A DNA stretch of 64,000 bases from an uncultured Eggerthella sp. (GTDB lineage Bacteria; Actinomycetota; Coriobacteriia; Coriobacteriales; Eggerthellaceae). The notes beneath the pieces are model-generated. The model was not told the DNA's origin, did no database searches, and saw nothing but the letters and a program-made list of their open reading frames with translations. The DNA lies in the NCBI GenBank assembly GCA_965147435.1, contig CBCTKC010000006.1:29168-93167 (forward strand), read 5' to 3'. The translations under genes were made by a program, and so were the position numbers. Below, in pieces: positions 51,306 to 60,254 of the stretch (the stretch's first letter is position 1; every line of letters starts with the position of its first letter).

Positions 51306-52253
51306 ATGCACACCAACATATCGCTCCAACAGCTTCGTTACATTATTGAAGTCGCCGAATGCGGCTCCATCAACGCAGCTAGCCAGCAGCTGTATGTTTC
51401 CCAGCCCACGCTTTCAACCACCATTAAAGACACCGAACAGGAACTGGGGATTTCCATCTTCAACCGCACAAACCGTGGCATTACCCTTACGAACGAGGGT
51501 ACTGAGTTCATCGGTTACGCTCGGCAGATCCTGCAGCAGTTTGATCTGTTTGAGGCACGTTATTCCAACTCGAACAGTGCCGCCAAGGGCAGGCTTTGCG
51601 TTTCTTCCCAACATTACGCCTTTTGCGTTCATGCATTTGTCGATTTGGCCGAGGAATGCGACGAAGAGGAGTACAACTTCTCCTTGCGTGAGACGCGTAC
51701 GGCGGAAGTGATTGATGACGTTAAAGAATTCCGTAGCGAAATCGGTGTTTTGTACCTGAGCGAGTTCAATCGTAAGGTGCTGACCAAGGCATTTTCCGAT
51801 GCTGGGTTGACGTTTACGCCGCTGTTCGAGGCGCACCCGCATGTGTTCGTCGGCTCTAACCATCCTCTTGCTGGTCGATCAAGCCTGAAGCCCGAAGACT
51901 TGGAAGAGTATCCTCGTTATTCGTTCGAGCAGGGCAGCAACAATTCCTTCTTCTTTGCCGAAGAGCCGCTGAGCCATCTGCCCCACAGTCAGAACATTAC
52001 CTATTATGACCGCGGCACCTTGACCATTCTCCTTAATCGCCACAACGGCTATACCATTTCAACGGGCGTTCTCTCCGGTGAAATGGGGCAGAGCATCTGC
52101 TCCATCCCCCTTGAAGTCGATGAAACCATGACGGTTGGCTATCTGTACCATGCCGAGCGTCCATTCTCCCCTTTGGCGCAACGCTACATTGATAAGCTTC
52201 GTGCCTATATTGAAGACAACCCCACGGTAACCACGTACTATCCAGTTGATTGA
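51306..52253 (+). CDS. LysR family regulator
   Basis: LQQLRYII...GSINAASQQLYVSQPTLS...RTNRGITLT; VSSQHYAF. Confidence 0.93.
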   Translation: MHTNISLQQLRYIIEVAECGSINAASQQLYVSQPTLSTTIKDTEQELGISIFNRTNRGITLTNEGTEFIGYARQILQQFDLFEARYSNSNSAAKGRLCVSSQHYAFCVHAFVDLAEECDEEEYNFSLRETRTAEVIDDVKEFRSEIGVLYLSEFNRKVLTKAFSDAGLTFTPLFEAHPHVFVGSNHPLAGRSSLKPEDLEEYPRYSFEQGSNNSFFFAEEPLSHLPHSQNITYYDRGTLTILLNRHNGYTISTGVLSGEMGQSICSIPLEVDETMTVGYLYHAERPFSPLAQRYIDKLRAYIEDNPTVTTYYPVD

Positions 52254-52261
52254 TAGGTTTT

Positions 52262-52299
52262 TCTCTCTTTGCGCGCTTAGTCTCTCTTTGCGCGCTTAG
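52262..52299. repeat. 19-bp tandem duplication
   Basis: TCTCTCTTTGCGCGCTTAG x2. Confidence 0.9.
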
Positions 52300-52551
52300 T
52301 GGCCCGGACTTTCTGCTGGGCGGCTGGTAGGGTCCACCGTTTCATAAGGATTGAATAATTACTCCTTTCGCCGATAAATATATGCCGTTGCCGTCGAATG
52401 GCATCGAAAACAAGTAGAGTGTTCGCAAGCGCCTTCCCCTCGGGAAGGCACTTGTATGCTCGCACTCCATCGATCAGCTTTTGAAAACTAGCAGGTCAGA
52501 CGGTTAATTTCTGCTGACCCGCTAGTTTATTTGCGCTCGAAAAACGCCCCG

Positions 52552-52571
52552 CTGGTGATGATTTGGTGATC
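52552..52571 (+). repeat. left copy of 20-bp repeat (putative integrase arm site)
   Basis: CTGGTGATGATTTGGTGATC, two TGGTGAT units; identical at 58168-58187. Confidence 0.85.
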
Positions 52572-52575
52572 TTTG

Positions 52576-53820
52576 CTATATTGCCTTCATCTTCGCTTCC
52601 GTCAGAAGTGCGCCGATGGTATCCGCACACTCAACGTCACGCTGGGGCATTGCGTGGGCGTACATGTCACTTGTTATGCTCGGTGAAGCATGACCCAAAC
52701 GGGCAGAAACGCTGATAACATCCTCTCCTTTTGCAAGCAGGTAGGTAGCCTGTGTGTGGCGCAGCTCATGAAAGCATGGGCGATTCCCTAGGCTGTCCTT
52801 GAATTGGTGCCTTTCGCAAAACTTGCCGAATTGACCCATGAAAGATGACGGATTCAGCGTTCCCCCTGCAAGCGCCGCAACGCCGCCAAACCTGCGCCCA
52901 CACGTTGAGCAGCATATAGGCGTTTTCGGAACTTGCACGACACATAGCGCGGAAAGCTCGTGCTTCTGCTCGCGCTTCCACTTCCTGAGCCATTGGAGCG
53001 TCCCCGCGTCGATCGTGACCGTTCTGTTGCTATTTTCGGTCTTGGGCGCTTTGACGGTCTTAGACGGAACACCCGCCTTCCTCGCTCCTGGTACGCGAAC
53101 AAGGCTCTTCGTGATTGACACCGTTCCAGCCTTGAAATCAATGTCGTTCCACGTGAGCGCCAACACCTCGCCGCGCCGTGCACCGATAGCCAAACCGATT
53201 CTCACAGCCGCTGAGAAGCCGCTGAACCCTTCCTCTTCGTCAAGCACGTTCAGCATCCTTCCCGCTTCCTCGAATGAAAGATATCCGCGCTTGTTCTCTT
53301 CGCTCTTCGGTGCCTTCACCTGGTTGAACTTGTTGGAGGTGGCAAGCCCATCCCTTACGGCGTTCTTGAAAGCCATCTTAGCCAGCCTGTGAGCTTTGTT
53401 CAGCGTTGTTCCAGAAGCCCCATCGGAAGACGCTTTCCTGTACCATCTTTCGATCATGGAGGGGCTAACGTCCTTGACTGGCACGCCGCCGATGTACGGG
53501 GCTATCCACTTACGGAGAAGCCAGTCGTACCTCGCTATCGTGCTGTCGGCAAATTCGCCCATTGCCTGACGGTTTCTCAGGTAATCGCCCATGAAATCGG
53601 CAACGGTGACCTTCTCGGCATCGGGTCGGATTCCCGATTCTGCTTCCCTCCTTATCCCCATGCAAAATCTGTCGCAGTCTCTTTTCGTGCCGTTGAACCG
53701 CCTATGCAATGGTCTTTTCATGCCTGGCACGTTGATATAGCAGTCCCACCTCTTCGGGCTGTAGCTTTTGCCCTCAGCGTCTAGAATCTCTCGATAGTTG
53801 TATATTCCGTTAGCAACCAT
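52576..53820 (-). CDS. int: tyrosine recombinase/integrase
   Basis: GARRGEVLALTWNDIDF, PKT, FHELRHTQAT, RLGHASPSITSDMYAH (R-K-HxxR-H-Y). Confidence 0.96.
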   Translation of the reverse strand: MVANGIYNYREILDAEGKSYSPKRWDCYINVPGMKRPLHRRFNGTKRDCDRFCMGIRREAESGIRPDAEKVTVADFMGDYLRNRQAMGEFADSTIARYDWLLRKWIAPYIGGVPVKDVSPSMIERWYRKASSDGASGTTLNKAHRLAKMAFKNAVRDGLATSNKFNQVKAPKSEENKRGYLSFEEAGRMLNVLDEEEGFSGFSAAVRIGLAIGARRGEVLALTWNDIDFKAGTVSITKSLVRVPGARKAGVPSKTVKAPKTENSNRTVTIDAGTLQWLRKWKREQKHELSALCVVQVPKTPICCSTCGRRFGGVAALAGGTLNPSSFMGQFGKFCERHQFKDSLGNRPCFHELRHTQATYLLAKGEDVISVSARLGHASPSITSDMYAHAMPQRDVECADTIGALLTEAKMKAI

Positions 53821-53995
53821 TATTGCCACTCTTGCCTTTCGTGTCTTTCGTTCCGTCAATGACGGATAATGCCCCGCCTGCTCCTGCACCGGTAGGCAAC
53901 GGCTGCCTATAGCCGAATCCAGCCATAAAGGAAAACCTATAACGGGAACGGGTCATTTTCTGGTTTCTGTTGGGCTGATCCCCGCCCTTGCTTGG

Positions 53996-54403
53996 CTATG
54001 GGCGCTTGGACGGCGTGAACACGATGCGCGGAACGGTGTCCGTTTCCGCTTCGCGCTTAACGTCTGCCAGCTCGTTGAGCCTGTCCAGCGTGTCCGTGAA
54101 GCCCCTTAGCGCCGTGCCGTCCATGCCATCTAGCAATTCCTCGTAACACCTGTCGTTTACCGCCTGTAGGCGCTCTAGCGCCTTTCTCAGGCTCCATTTG
54201 GCGGCTTCTGCCGCTTCCCTGCGCCCCTCTTCCACTATTGGGGCGATAACGGGGTTGGAGAGAAGGCGCTGGGCTTCCCTTGCTACGCTTGCGCTGCTCA
54301 TGCCGTCCGCTCGGTACGCTTGCCTGTACGCTTCGGAAGGCGCGGCACCCGATACTATGGCGTTGGCAAATTCGAGCTGCTTAGGCGTTGGCGTTCTTCC
54401 CAT
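53996..54403 (-). CDS. terminase small subunit-like protein
   Basis: TPKQLEFANAIVSG..SEAYRQAY...AQRLLSNPVI resembles the TerS N-terminal HTH; ATG after GAGGGAG. Confidence 0.7.
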   Translation of the reverse strand: MGRTPTPKQLEFANAIVSGAAPSEAYRQAYRADGMSSASVAREAQRLLSNPVIAPIVEEGRREAAEAAKWSLRKALERLQAVNDRCYEELLDGMDGTALRGFTDTLDRLNELADVKREAETDTVPRIVFTPSKRP

Positions 54404-54545
54404 GTGCTCCCTCTTCGCTACCGTTCGCGGAACGGCGTTCATCGTTCTGTTGAATTGCCTTTGCTTGGCTTTTCTTTTTTGCCTTTTCTTAGAAGGGGTT
54501 CCCCGATCTTGGAAACGGGGGGAGGTTCCCTTTTGGTCTTTCTCC

Positions 54546-55292
54546 CTAATCGTCAGGAAGAAAAACATTGTCACCGCATCTAGTGCAAGTGAAAAATGCT
54601 GCTCCGTTCCGCTGCTTGAATCGGGTAAGCGTCTTGCATTTGGGGCAATAGCTTTCCCTTATGTTTCCATGTCTCGGTCTGCCTTGCTGCTGTTGAGGTT
54701 GTGGGTTTTCCACAATGGGAGAGGGGCTTTCTTGGGGGTATATGGAATATCCCTCTTCCATGCCCAAACCTCTATCCTCTAGTAACTCTATACTTGCTAC
54801 CTTTTGTGCGTGTTTTGTACCAGTTAGCCCGTACAAATCATGCGTGTTTTGTACCAGTTGGCTGGTACATGGCTTAGCGGGTTCATGGGCTGTTGCCCCC
54901 GGGTTATCCACAATGCCGTACAGCCGCATGAAAGCGGGGAACGTGTAGACCGTTGCCGCTTCACGCCCTCCCTTGCTGCTCGGGAAATCGACCAACCCGC
55001 ATAGCCTTAGGTCGTTCTTCGTGTAGCGCCTGTAGCTCGCTCCGCTAACGGTGCCGCTCCCGTCCTTGGTCAGAACATGGGCGGCAACATCGGCGTTTGA
55101 CGCAACGGCGGTAAGCCTTTCGGAATCCCGAATTGCTGCAAGGAACATATACGCTTGCATTGCCTGGGCTTCCCTGGTCTGGCTCCCGCACGCTACCTCC
55201 TTGGCAAGCCGTGCAGCTTCCACCACCTCACTTGCCCCAATCGGTGACCAACGCCCATCATGCGCCCGTATGGCTTCGCTTGCGCGGCTCAT
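54546..55292 (-). CDS. hypothetical, possible replication initiator with C-terminal Zn ribbon
   Basis: CPKC...CTRC; carries internal direct repeats; co-oriented with other element genes. Confidence 0.55.
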   Translation of the reverse strand: MSRASEAIRAHDGRWSPIGASEVVEAARLAKEVACGSQTREAQAMQAYMFLAAIRDSERLTAVASNADVAAHVLTKDGSGTVSGASYRRYTKNDLRLCGLVDFPSSKGGREAATVYTFPAFMRLYGIVDNPGATAHEPAKPCTSQLVQNTHDLYGLTGTKHAQKVASIELLEDRGLGMEEGYSIYPQESPSPIVENPQPQQQQGRPRHGNIRESYCPKCKTLTRFKQRNGAAFFTCTRCGDNVFLPDD

Positions 55293-55313
55293 GGCTCATT
55301 CGCCCCGCTTCCG

Positions 55314-55643
55314 TCAGCTCGCATAGCTTGCCAGTTCATCGTCCATGAAAGCGGTTTTGCCAACCTGCCGTGTTGCCGGTGGCATCTTGGATTCGGCTAT
55401 GTAGGCTTCCAGGTGGTACGGGCTTAGCAGCGTGCTCGGGTTCAAATGCGCCTGGTACTGGGTGCCTTCCCATTGCCTGCGCTTGAAAGCCACCATCTGC
55501 CGAATATCATCGATCAAGAACGCGTTGAGCATCGAGCCTAGGAAACGGGCATGGGGGTTGACGGTGTACCGAAACGGCGCGAACCCTTCCAGCTCATCGT
55601 TAAGCGCCTGCAAGCAGGCATCTGCGAATGTTTCTCTATCCAT
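55314..55643 (-). CDS. conserved phage C-terminal (Phg_2220_C-like) domain protein
   Basis: DDIRQMVAFKRRQWEGT...HLNPSTLL...LEAYI resembles the family W..T..YLRP.TLF pattern. Confidence 0.65.
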   Translation of the reverse strand: MDRETFADACLQALNDELEGFAPFRYTVNPHARFLGSMLNAFLIDDIRQMVAFKRRQWEGTQYQAHLNPSTLLSPYHLEAYIAESKMPPATRQVGKTAFMDDELASYAS

Positions 55644-56019
55644 CTGCGTTCACCTTGCCCACCATATCGTCAGATAGGCTCCTGCGCTTCTCGAACCTGC
55701 CGCCCAACTCTTCGGGGTAATCGGCTTCCAGCATCCGTGCAAGAGCGGGAAGAAGGGTGTTGTTGACCTTGAAAGGCACTTCGTTCTCTTCGCGTGGGAT
55801 ATACGTTGCCCTGACAACCTCGGCAACCATCGAAATGCTCAGCCGCCGCCCACTTCCCGCGATCCTCAGCGCGGTGTCAGCCATCAGCCAATAGGCGCGT
55901 GGGTGGCTCTTCTTCCATTTGGCGGCTTCGTATGCAGCCGTTGCGCCCGTTACCCTGTTCGTTTGCCTGTGGCTCTCAGAAGGCTTCTCGGCATCGAAAG
56001 CGTTTCCCATGCCGTCCAC
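55636..56019 (-). CDS. hypothetical protein
   Basis: tightly packed between xis-like gene and Phg_2220_C gene. Confidence 0.65.
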   Translation of the reverse strand: MDGMGNAFDAEKPSESHRQTNRVTGATAAYEAAKWKKSHPRAYWLMADTALRIAGSGRRLSISMVAEVVRATYIPREENEVPFKVNNTLLPALARMLEADYPEELGGRFEKRRSLSDDMVGKVNADG

Positions 56020-56232
56020 CTACTCGCAAAACTTCGCGATGAACTTGTCCCGCTGAATGTAGACACGGTGACCGATCTTCACCGCTGGAAGCTCCTTGCG
56101 GCGAACCATCGCCCTAACCGTCTGCTCGGTGCAGTCAAGAAGCGTTGCCGTTTCCTTGACCGTTATAAGCTGGTTAAGTCCGCTCTCGTTTCCGTGGCTG
56201 TCCATTCGGATAACCTTGATTCCTGGTTTCAT
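56020..56232 (-). CDS. excisionase-like HTH_17 DNA-binding protein
   Basis: LITVKETATLLDCTEQTVRAMVRRKELPAVKIGHRVYI. Confidence 0.85.
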   Translation of the reverse strand: MKPGIKVIRMDSHGNESGLNQLITVKETATLLDCTEQTVRAMVRRKELPAVKIGHRVYIQRDKFIAKFCE

Positions 56233-56282
56233 CTAAACCGCCTTCTGTAACTGCAATTCGATACTTTGAACGCTGTGCATGC

Positions 56283-57197
56283 TTGCGTTGTCTCAAAGTA
56301 AAACGGCATAATGTCCCTCAATCGAAGGAATGTTTAGCGGGACAATTGGCAAATCAAAAAGAAACATACGGTGGACAATGGGCGGCTAACCCGCTTTATT
56401 GGTGGGCGCATTCGCCTATTCGCATCGAGAAATGCAATGGGCATCTGTTTTTCGTGCAGGACAGAGCAAGCGGATCATTTATGCACTACGAGGATTTGCC
56501 CATCGAGTTTTTCAACCATCAAATAGTCGAAATGCCGCCGCTGAATCTCTGTCCAGAAGATGAAATATCGAACGCGGACGAACTCCTTTGCTTTTGCGAA
56601 AAGTGGGGTTTGCCTTTCAGCCCGTATAGGGAATACGGGGCAAGGCTGCAAAGCGGCAACGAAACGCTACCTAGCAACGAATGGGGACAGGCGATTCGAA
56701 TAACAGATAGCTTCTATCCTGGCTTTTCGCAAAGTCTCACAAACAAGGGTCTTTTCGTTTCTGTTAGCGAAGCTGCTCGCTCTATTCAGGATTTGAGCCT
56801 GTTTGCTTCTAGTGTTTCCAAAATCGCAAACGGCGCGAATGGCTCATTCGGCATGAGTGAAATATTCAACGCAGCATATCCCCGTTCAGCCGCTTACTGG
56901 TGCAGCGAAACAGGGGGGATGAATAGCACGAAAGCGCCTGGAAGCGTGTTCGACTTCGGGGACACTCGAAGCGGTGGGCTTACGGCTGCTGTCTGCCGTC
57001 AGATGATCGAAACCCTATCAGACCCCGCACCGTGGAGGGAATGCGCTTGCAAGGGGTGCGGGAAGATGTTCAAACGCAAGCAGGGAGCGAAGAACCCACA
57101 TAGGGATTCCGCTTACTGCTGCAAAAAATGCGAAGAGCGGCAACGCAAGCGGAACCAGCGAGAAGCAGCCAGGAACCGAATAGACCACGGCATATAA
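56283..57197 (+). CDS. hypothetical protein with C-terminal CGNR-like zinc finger
   Basis: WRECACKGCGKMF...YCCKKCEERQRKR; start uncertain; divergent from xis. Confidence 0.65.
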   Translation: MRCLKVKRHNVPQSKECLAGQLANQKETYGGQWAANPLYWWAHSPIRIEKCNGHLFFVQDRASGSFMHYEDLPIEFFNHQIVEMPPLNLCPEDEISNADELLCFCEKWGLPFSPYREYGARLQSGNETLPSNEWGQAIRITDSFYPGFSQSLTNKGLFVSVSEAARSIQDLSLFASSVSKIANGANGSFGMSEIFNAAYPRSAAYWCSETGGMNSTKAPGSVFDFGDTRSGGLTAAVCRQMIETLSDPAPWRECACKGCGKMFKRKQGAKNPHRDSAYCCKKCEERQRKRNQREAARNRIDHGI

Positions 57198-57418
57198 AAA
57201 GCGCCCTGCAAATTGCTTGCAAGGGCGCTGAGTAGGGAATGGCGGGAACTCTGTAAGGCATGAGAGAAAGGGAGCTTCACGCCCGAACGTCATTGTATGA
57301 GCCTGTAGCGCGGTGGGTCAGCTGATCCCTTTTCCCCTCTTTCGCAGAAATAGCCTATAGGCTTGTGCAGGGTTCATGAATCCCTGTTACAGAAACCGTT
57401 AAGTTGCAGGTCAGGCAC

Positions 57419-57817
57419 CTAGATATTTTTCGAATCTCTTACCCCGATTCGCTTCTCCAAGCGCCGCACCGCCTGCCGCTCTGCGTTGTACATGCGCCTT
57501 AGGTCGATGCTCGCTTCCTTGCGCTCTAGCGATTCGAGGTGCCGTTTGCGCTGCTGGATACTCTCGATCCTGTCTGTGAGGTTGCAGTCGGGGCATTTGC
57601 CGCTGTTGTTGTGCGAGTTTAGAACCGCCCCGCAAACATCGCACTGATTAAATTTCGCGAGGGAAACGCCCTTACGGCTTGCCCTCATGCGTATAGCCTG
57701 AACCGTTCTATCTGTGCCGCACAGCGTTCTTAGCTGCTTGCGAATCTTGTATGCGCCCTGTTCCTTGTAACGGCGTATTACGGCATCTTCCGCCCTGCTC
57801 CAACGCTGTTGATGCAT
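57419..57817 (-). CDS. hypothetical phage-type protein (HTH-like + Zn ribbon)
   Basis: WSRAEDAVI...RTVQAIRMRASRKG; CDVC...CPDC. Confidence 0.65.
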   Translation of the reverse strand: MHQQRWSRAEDAVIRRYKEQGAYKIRKQLRTLCGTDRTVQAIRMRASRKGVSLAKFNQCDVCGAVLNSHNNSGKCPDCNLTDRIESIQQRKRHLESLERKEASIDLRRMYNAERQAVRRLEKRIGVRDSKNI

Positions 57818-57860
57818 GTTGTGCCCTTCTGCTTTTCCGTGTCGTTGCCTGTGCGGGTTT

Positions 57861-58112
57861 CTACAGGGATTCTAACGGGCTGTTCGCGATCCCCTGGGCT
57901 TCGGTGCCTTGGATCAGCTCAACAGCCTTCATGCACTCCCTGAACTGCTCCGAAACAACGTCAAGGAAGTTCAGCACCCCGCAAACCTCGTCTTCGCTTA
58001 CTGCGTTCGGGCTGCAAGCTATGGCGTTGATCAAAGCATGAGCCTGGTTGATCTTCCTCTCGGTTTCCTCCATTACGTCATCGGCTGAAAACTTCTCTGC
58101 CCTGTAGATCAT
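57861..58112 (-). CDS. hypothetical protein
   Basis: 83-aa ORF after GAAAGG RBS, co-oriented with neighbour. Confidence 0.55.
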   Translation of the reverse strand: MIYRAEKFSADDVMEETERKINQAHALINAIACSPNAVSEDEVCGVLNFLDVVSEQFRECMKAVELIQGTEAQGIANSPLESL

Positions 58113-58167
58113 TGCAATGTGCCTTTCTCTTTCGGCTTGCGGCTATAGCGCCGTGCCTGGTGGTTCT

Positions 58168-58187
58168 CTGGTGATGATTTGGTGATC
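58168..58187 (+). repeat. right copy of 20-bp repeat (putative integrase arm site)
   Basis: identical to 52552-52571. Confidence 0.85.
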
Positions 58188-58415
58188 GACTGAATGCATC
58201 TAGATATACGTTGTTCGTCATGGTTGGTGATTCGGATAACGTATTTGAATATGCTTTAACCTGGTTATATGCGTGGACGTTTTCCCCTCGGGGAGGGCGT
58301 TTTTGCTTGCTGGATGTTGAGCTATTTGGTGCGGTTATCGGTTGTAAGCTGCTGCTTCTATTCGTAGGAGCTTTATGCGTTGAAGTTCGCGATGCCGTGC
58401 AGGGAAGGGGGATGC

Positions 58416-60254
58416 GTGTCCGCGCTATCTATTGAGCCCAAGACGGCTGCTGATGCGAAGGTGGAATCTTATTTAAAGAGATTTGAGCGAAGGGTCGAGG
58501 CTGCACCTCCTGGTCAGTGTCCGCTGACCACCGTTGCATCTTTTCTTGAAACTGGCGCAAACCAAACGTGCGGGAAATGCGTTCCGTGCCGTGATGGTCT
58601 GCCGAAACTTTCTGAGCTGATGCGGGAACTGGCAAACTGCCAGGCAAACAACGAAACACTGGAAACCATGCGCGCGCTCGCCCAGATGATTCGCGATGCA
58701 TCGGATTGCGCGGTAGGGTACGAGGCTGCCCAGGCAACGCTCGATGCGCTCGATACTTTTTCCGAAGAGGTTGAAGCTCATCTGGTTGGGCATAGCTGCA
58801 CCCAAGGCATGGGCCAAAGTGTTCCCTGCGAAACCCTGTGCCCGGCTCACGTTAACGTGCCAGGGTACATTGCCCTTGTTGGCGAGGGGCGCTATGCCGA
58901 CGCTATCAAGCTTATTCGTAAAGATAACCCGTTTCCCACGGCATGTGCGCTGGTGTGTGAGCATCCGTGCGAAAAGCGCTGTCGCCGCATCCTCATCGAT
59001 GCGCCGCTGAACATTCGCGGCATCAAAAAAATGGCAGTTGACCAGGTTGCTGCCGATTCCGTTGCCACTCCTGAGCGTTTGCCTGATTCTGGTAAACGGA
59101 TCGCGGTTGTTGGTGGCGGCCCTTCCGGTCTTACCTGCGCCTATTATGCGGCGCTGATGGGGCATTCCGTAACGGTGTTTGAGGCGAATCACTCACTGGG
59201 CGGCATGATGCGCTATGGCATTCCCGCATATCGTTTTCCGCGTGAACGCCTAGATGAAGATATTCGTGCCATTCTTTCTGTGGGCAACATCGAAGTGAAG
59301 TGTGACGCGCGCATAGATGCCGTCGCTATGGCGAAAATCAACGATGATTTCGATGCGGTGTATGTTGCCATCGGCGCTCAGTTGGGAAAAACGCTGAAAC
59401 TCGAAAATGGCGATGCTGAAGGCGTCGTGTCCGCGGTTGACTTGCTCCAGAAAATTGGCGATGGAAATTATCCCGATTTCTCCGGCAAGAAGGTTGTCGT
59501 GGTTGGCGGTGGCAACGTTGCCATGGACTGCGCGCGAACCTCGGTTCGTGCTGGCGCATCGGAGGTCACGGTTGCGTATCGCCGAAGGCAATCGGATATG
59601 ACAGCTTTGGTAGAAGAAGTGGAAGCCGCCGTTGCCGAAGGCGTTGAGATGGCTGTGCTTGAAGCCCCTGCTCGAGTTGAGGTTGATGAATCGGGGCACT
59701 GCGCTGCGCTTATTACGCAACCCCAGATGATTGGCGCGGTTAAACGAGGTCGACCTGCACCCGTTGCTGCCAATAAGCCCGAACGCCGCATCGAAGCCGA
59801 CGTAATTCTCATTGCGGTTGGCCAGGACATCGATGTGGATCCCTTCGCGGATTTCGGTATGCAAGCAGAACGCGGCAGCTTTATTGCCAATGGGCAACTC
59901 GAATCTCCCAATTTGCCTGGAATCTATGTGGGCGGCGATTGCCAGAGCGGCCCCGCAACGGTGATTAAGGCCATCGGTGCGGGCAAGGTTGCCGCGCGCA
60001 ATATCGATGAGTATTTGGGCTACCATCACACCCTTTCTTGCGATGTTGTGCTTCCCGAGCCCAAGCAGAACGATCGAACGCCAAAAGGACGTGTCGAAAT
60101 TGCTGAGCGCCCCGCTCGTGAGCGCAAGAATGATTTCCTGGGGGTTGAATGCGGAATGAGCCTGGAGGAGGCAGAGCAGGAGTGCGGACGCTGCCTGCGT
60201 TGTGATTGCTTTGGTGCTGGCTGCCAGGTTGACGGGAGGTTCCAGTATGTCTAA
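58416..60254 (+). CDS. NAD(P)-binding Fe-S flavoprotein (NuoF-type Fe-S domain + GltD-like), partner of cytoplasmic FDH
   Basis: TCGKCVPCRDG; VVGGGPSGL; GGMMRYGIP; VGGGNVAMDCAR; RCLRCD. Confidence 0.88.
   Translation: MSALSIEPKTAADAKVESYLKRFERRVEAAPPGQCPLTTVASFLETGANQTCGKCVPCRDGLPKLSELMRELANCQANNETLETMRALAQMIRDASDCAVGYEAAQATLDALDTFSEEVEAHLVGHSCTQGMGQSVPCETLCPAHVNVPGYIALVGEGRYADAIKLIRKDNPFPTACALVCEHPCEKRCRRILIDAPLNIRGIKKMAVDQVAADSVATPERLPDSGKRIAVVGGGPSGLTCAYYAALMGHSVTVFEANHSLGGMMRYGIPAYRFPRERLDEDIRAILSVGNIEVKCDARIDAVAMAKINDDFDAVYVAIGAQLGKTLKLENGDAEGVVSAVDLLQKIGDGNYPDFSGKKVVVVGGGNVAMDCARTSVRAGASEVTVAYRRRQSDMTALVEEVEAAVAEGVEMAVLEAPARVEVDESGHCAALITQPQMIGAVKRGRPAPVAANKPERRIEADVILIAVGQDIDVDPFADFGMQAERGSFIANGQLESPNLPGIYVGGDCQSGPATVIKAIGAGKVAARNIDEYLGYHHTLSCDVVLPEPKQNDRTPKGRVEIAERPARERKNDFLGVECGMSLEEAEQECGRCLRCDCFGAGCQVDGRFQYV

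Larger units (their letters stand above)
52434..58292. mobile_element. ~5.85-kb integrative phage-satellite (PICI)-like element
   Basis: tyrosine integrase, terS-like, rep-like, xis-like genes; flanking TTCCCCTCGGG direct repeat (52434-52444, 58282-58292); internal 20-bp direct repeat near both ends. Confidence 0.85.

Noticed and set aside
52277..52465. 62-aa minus-strand ORF (MRAYKCLPEG...)
   Set aside because: It spans the att hairpin and tandem duplication and has no recognisable motif; more likely non-coding
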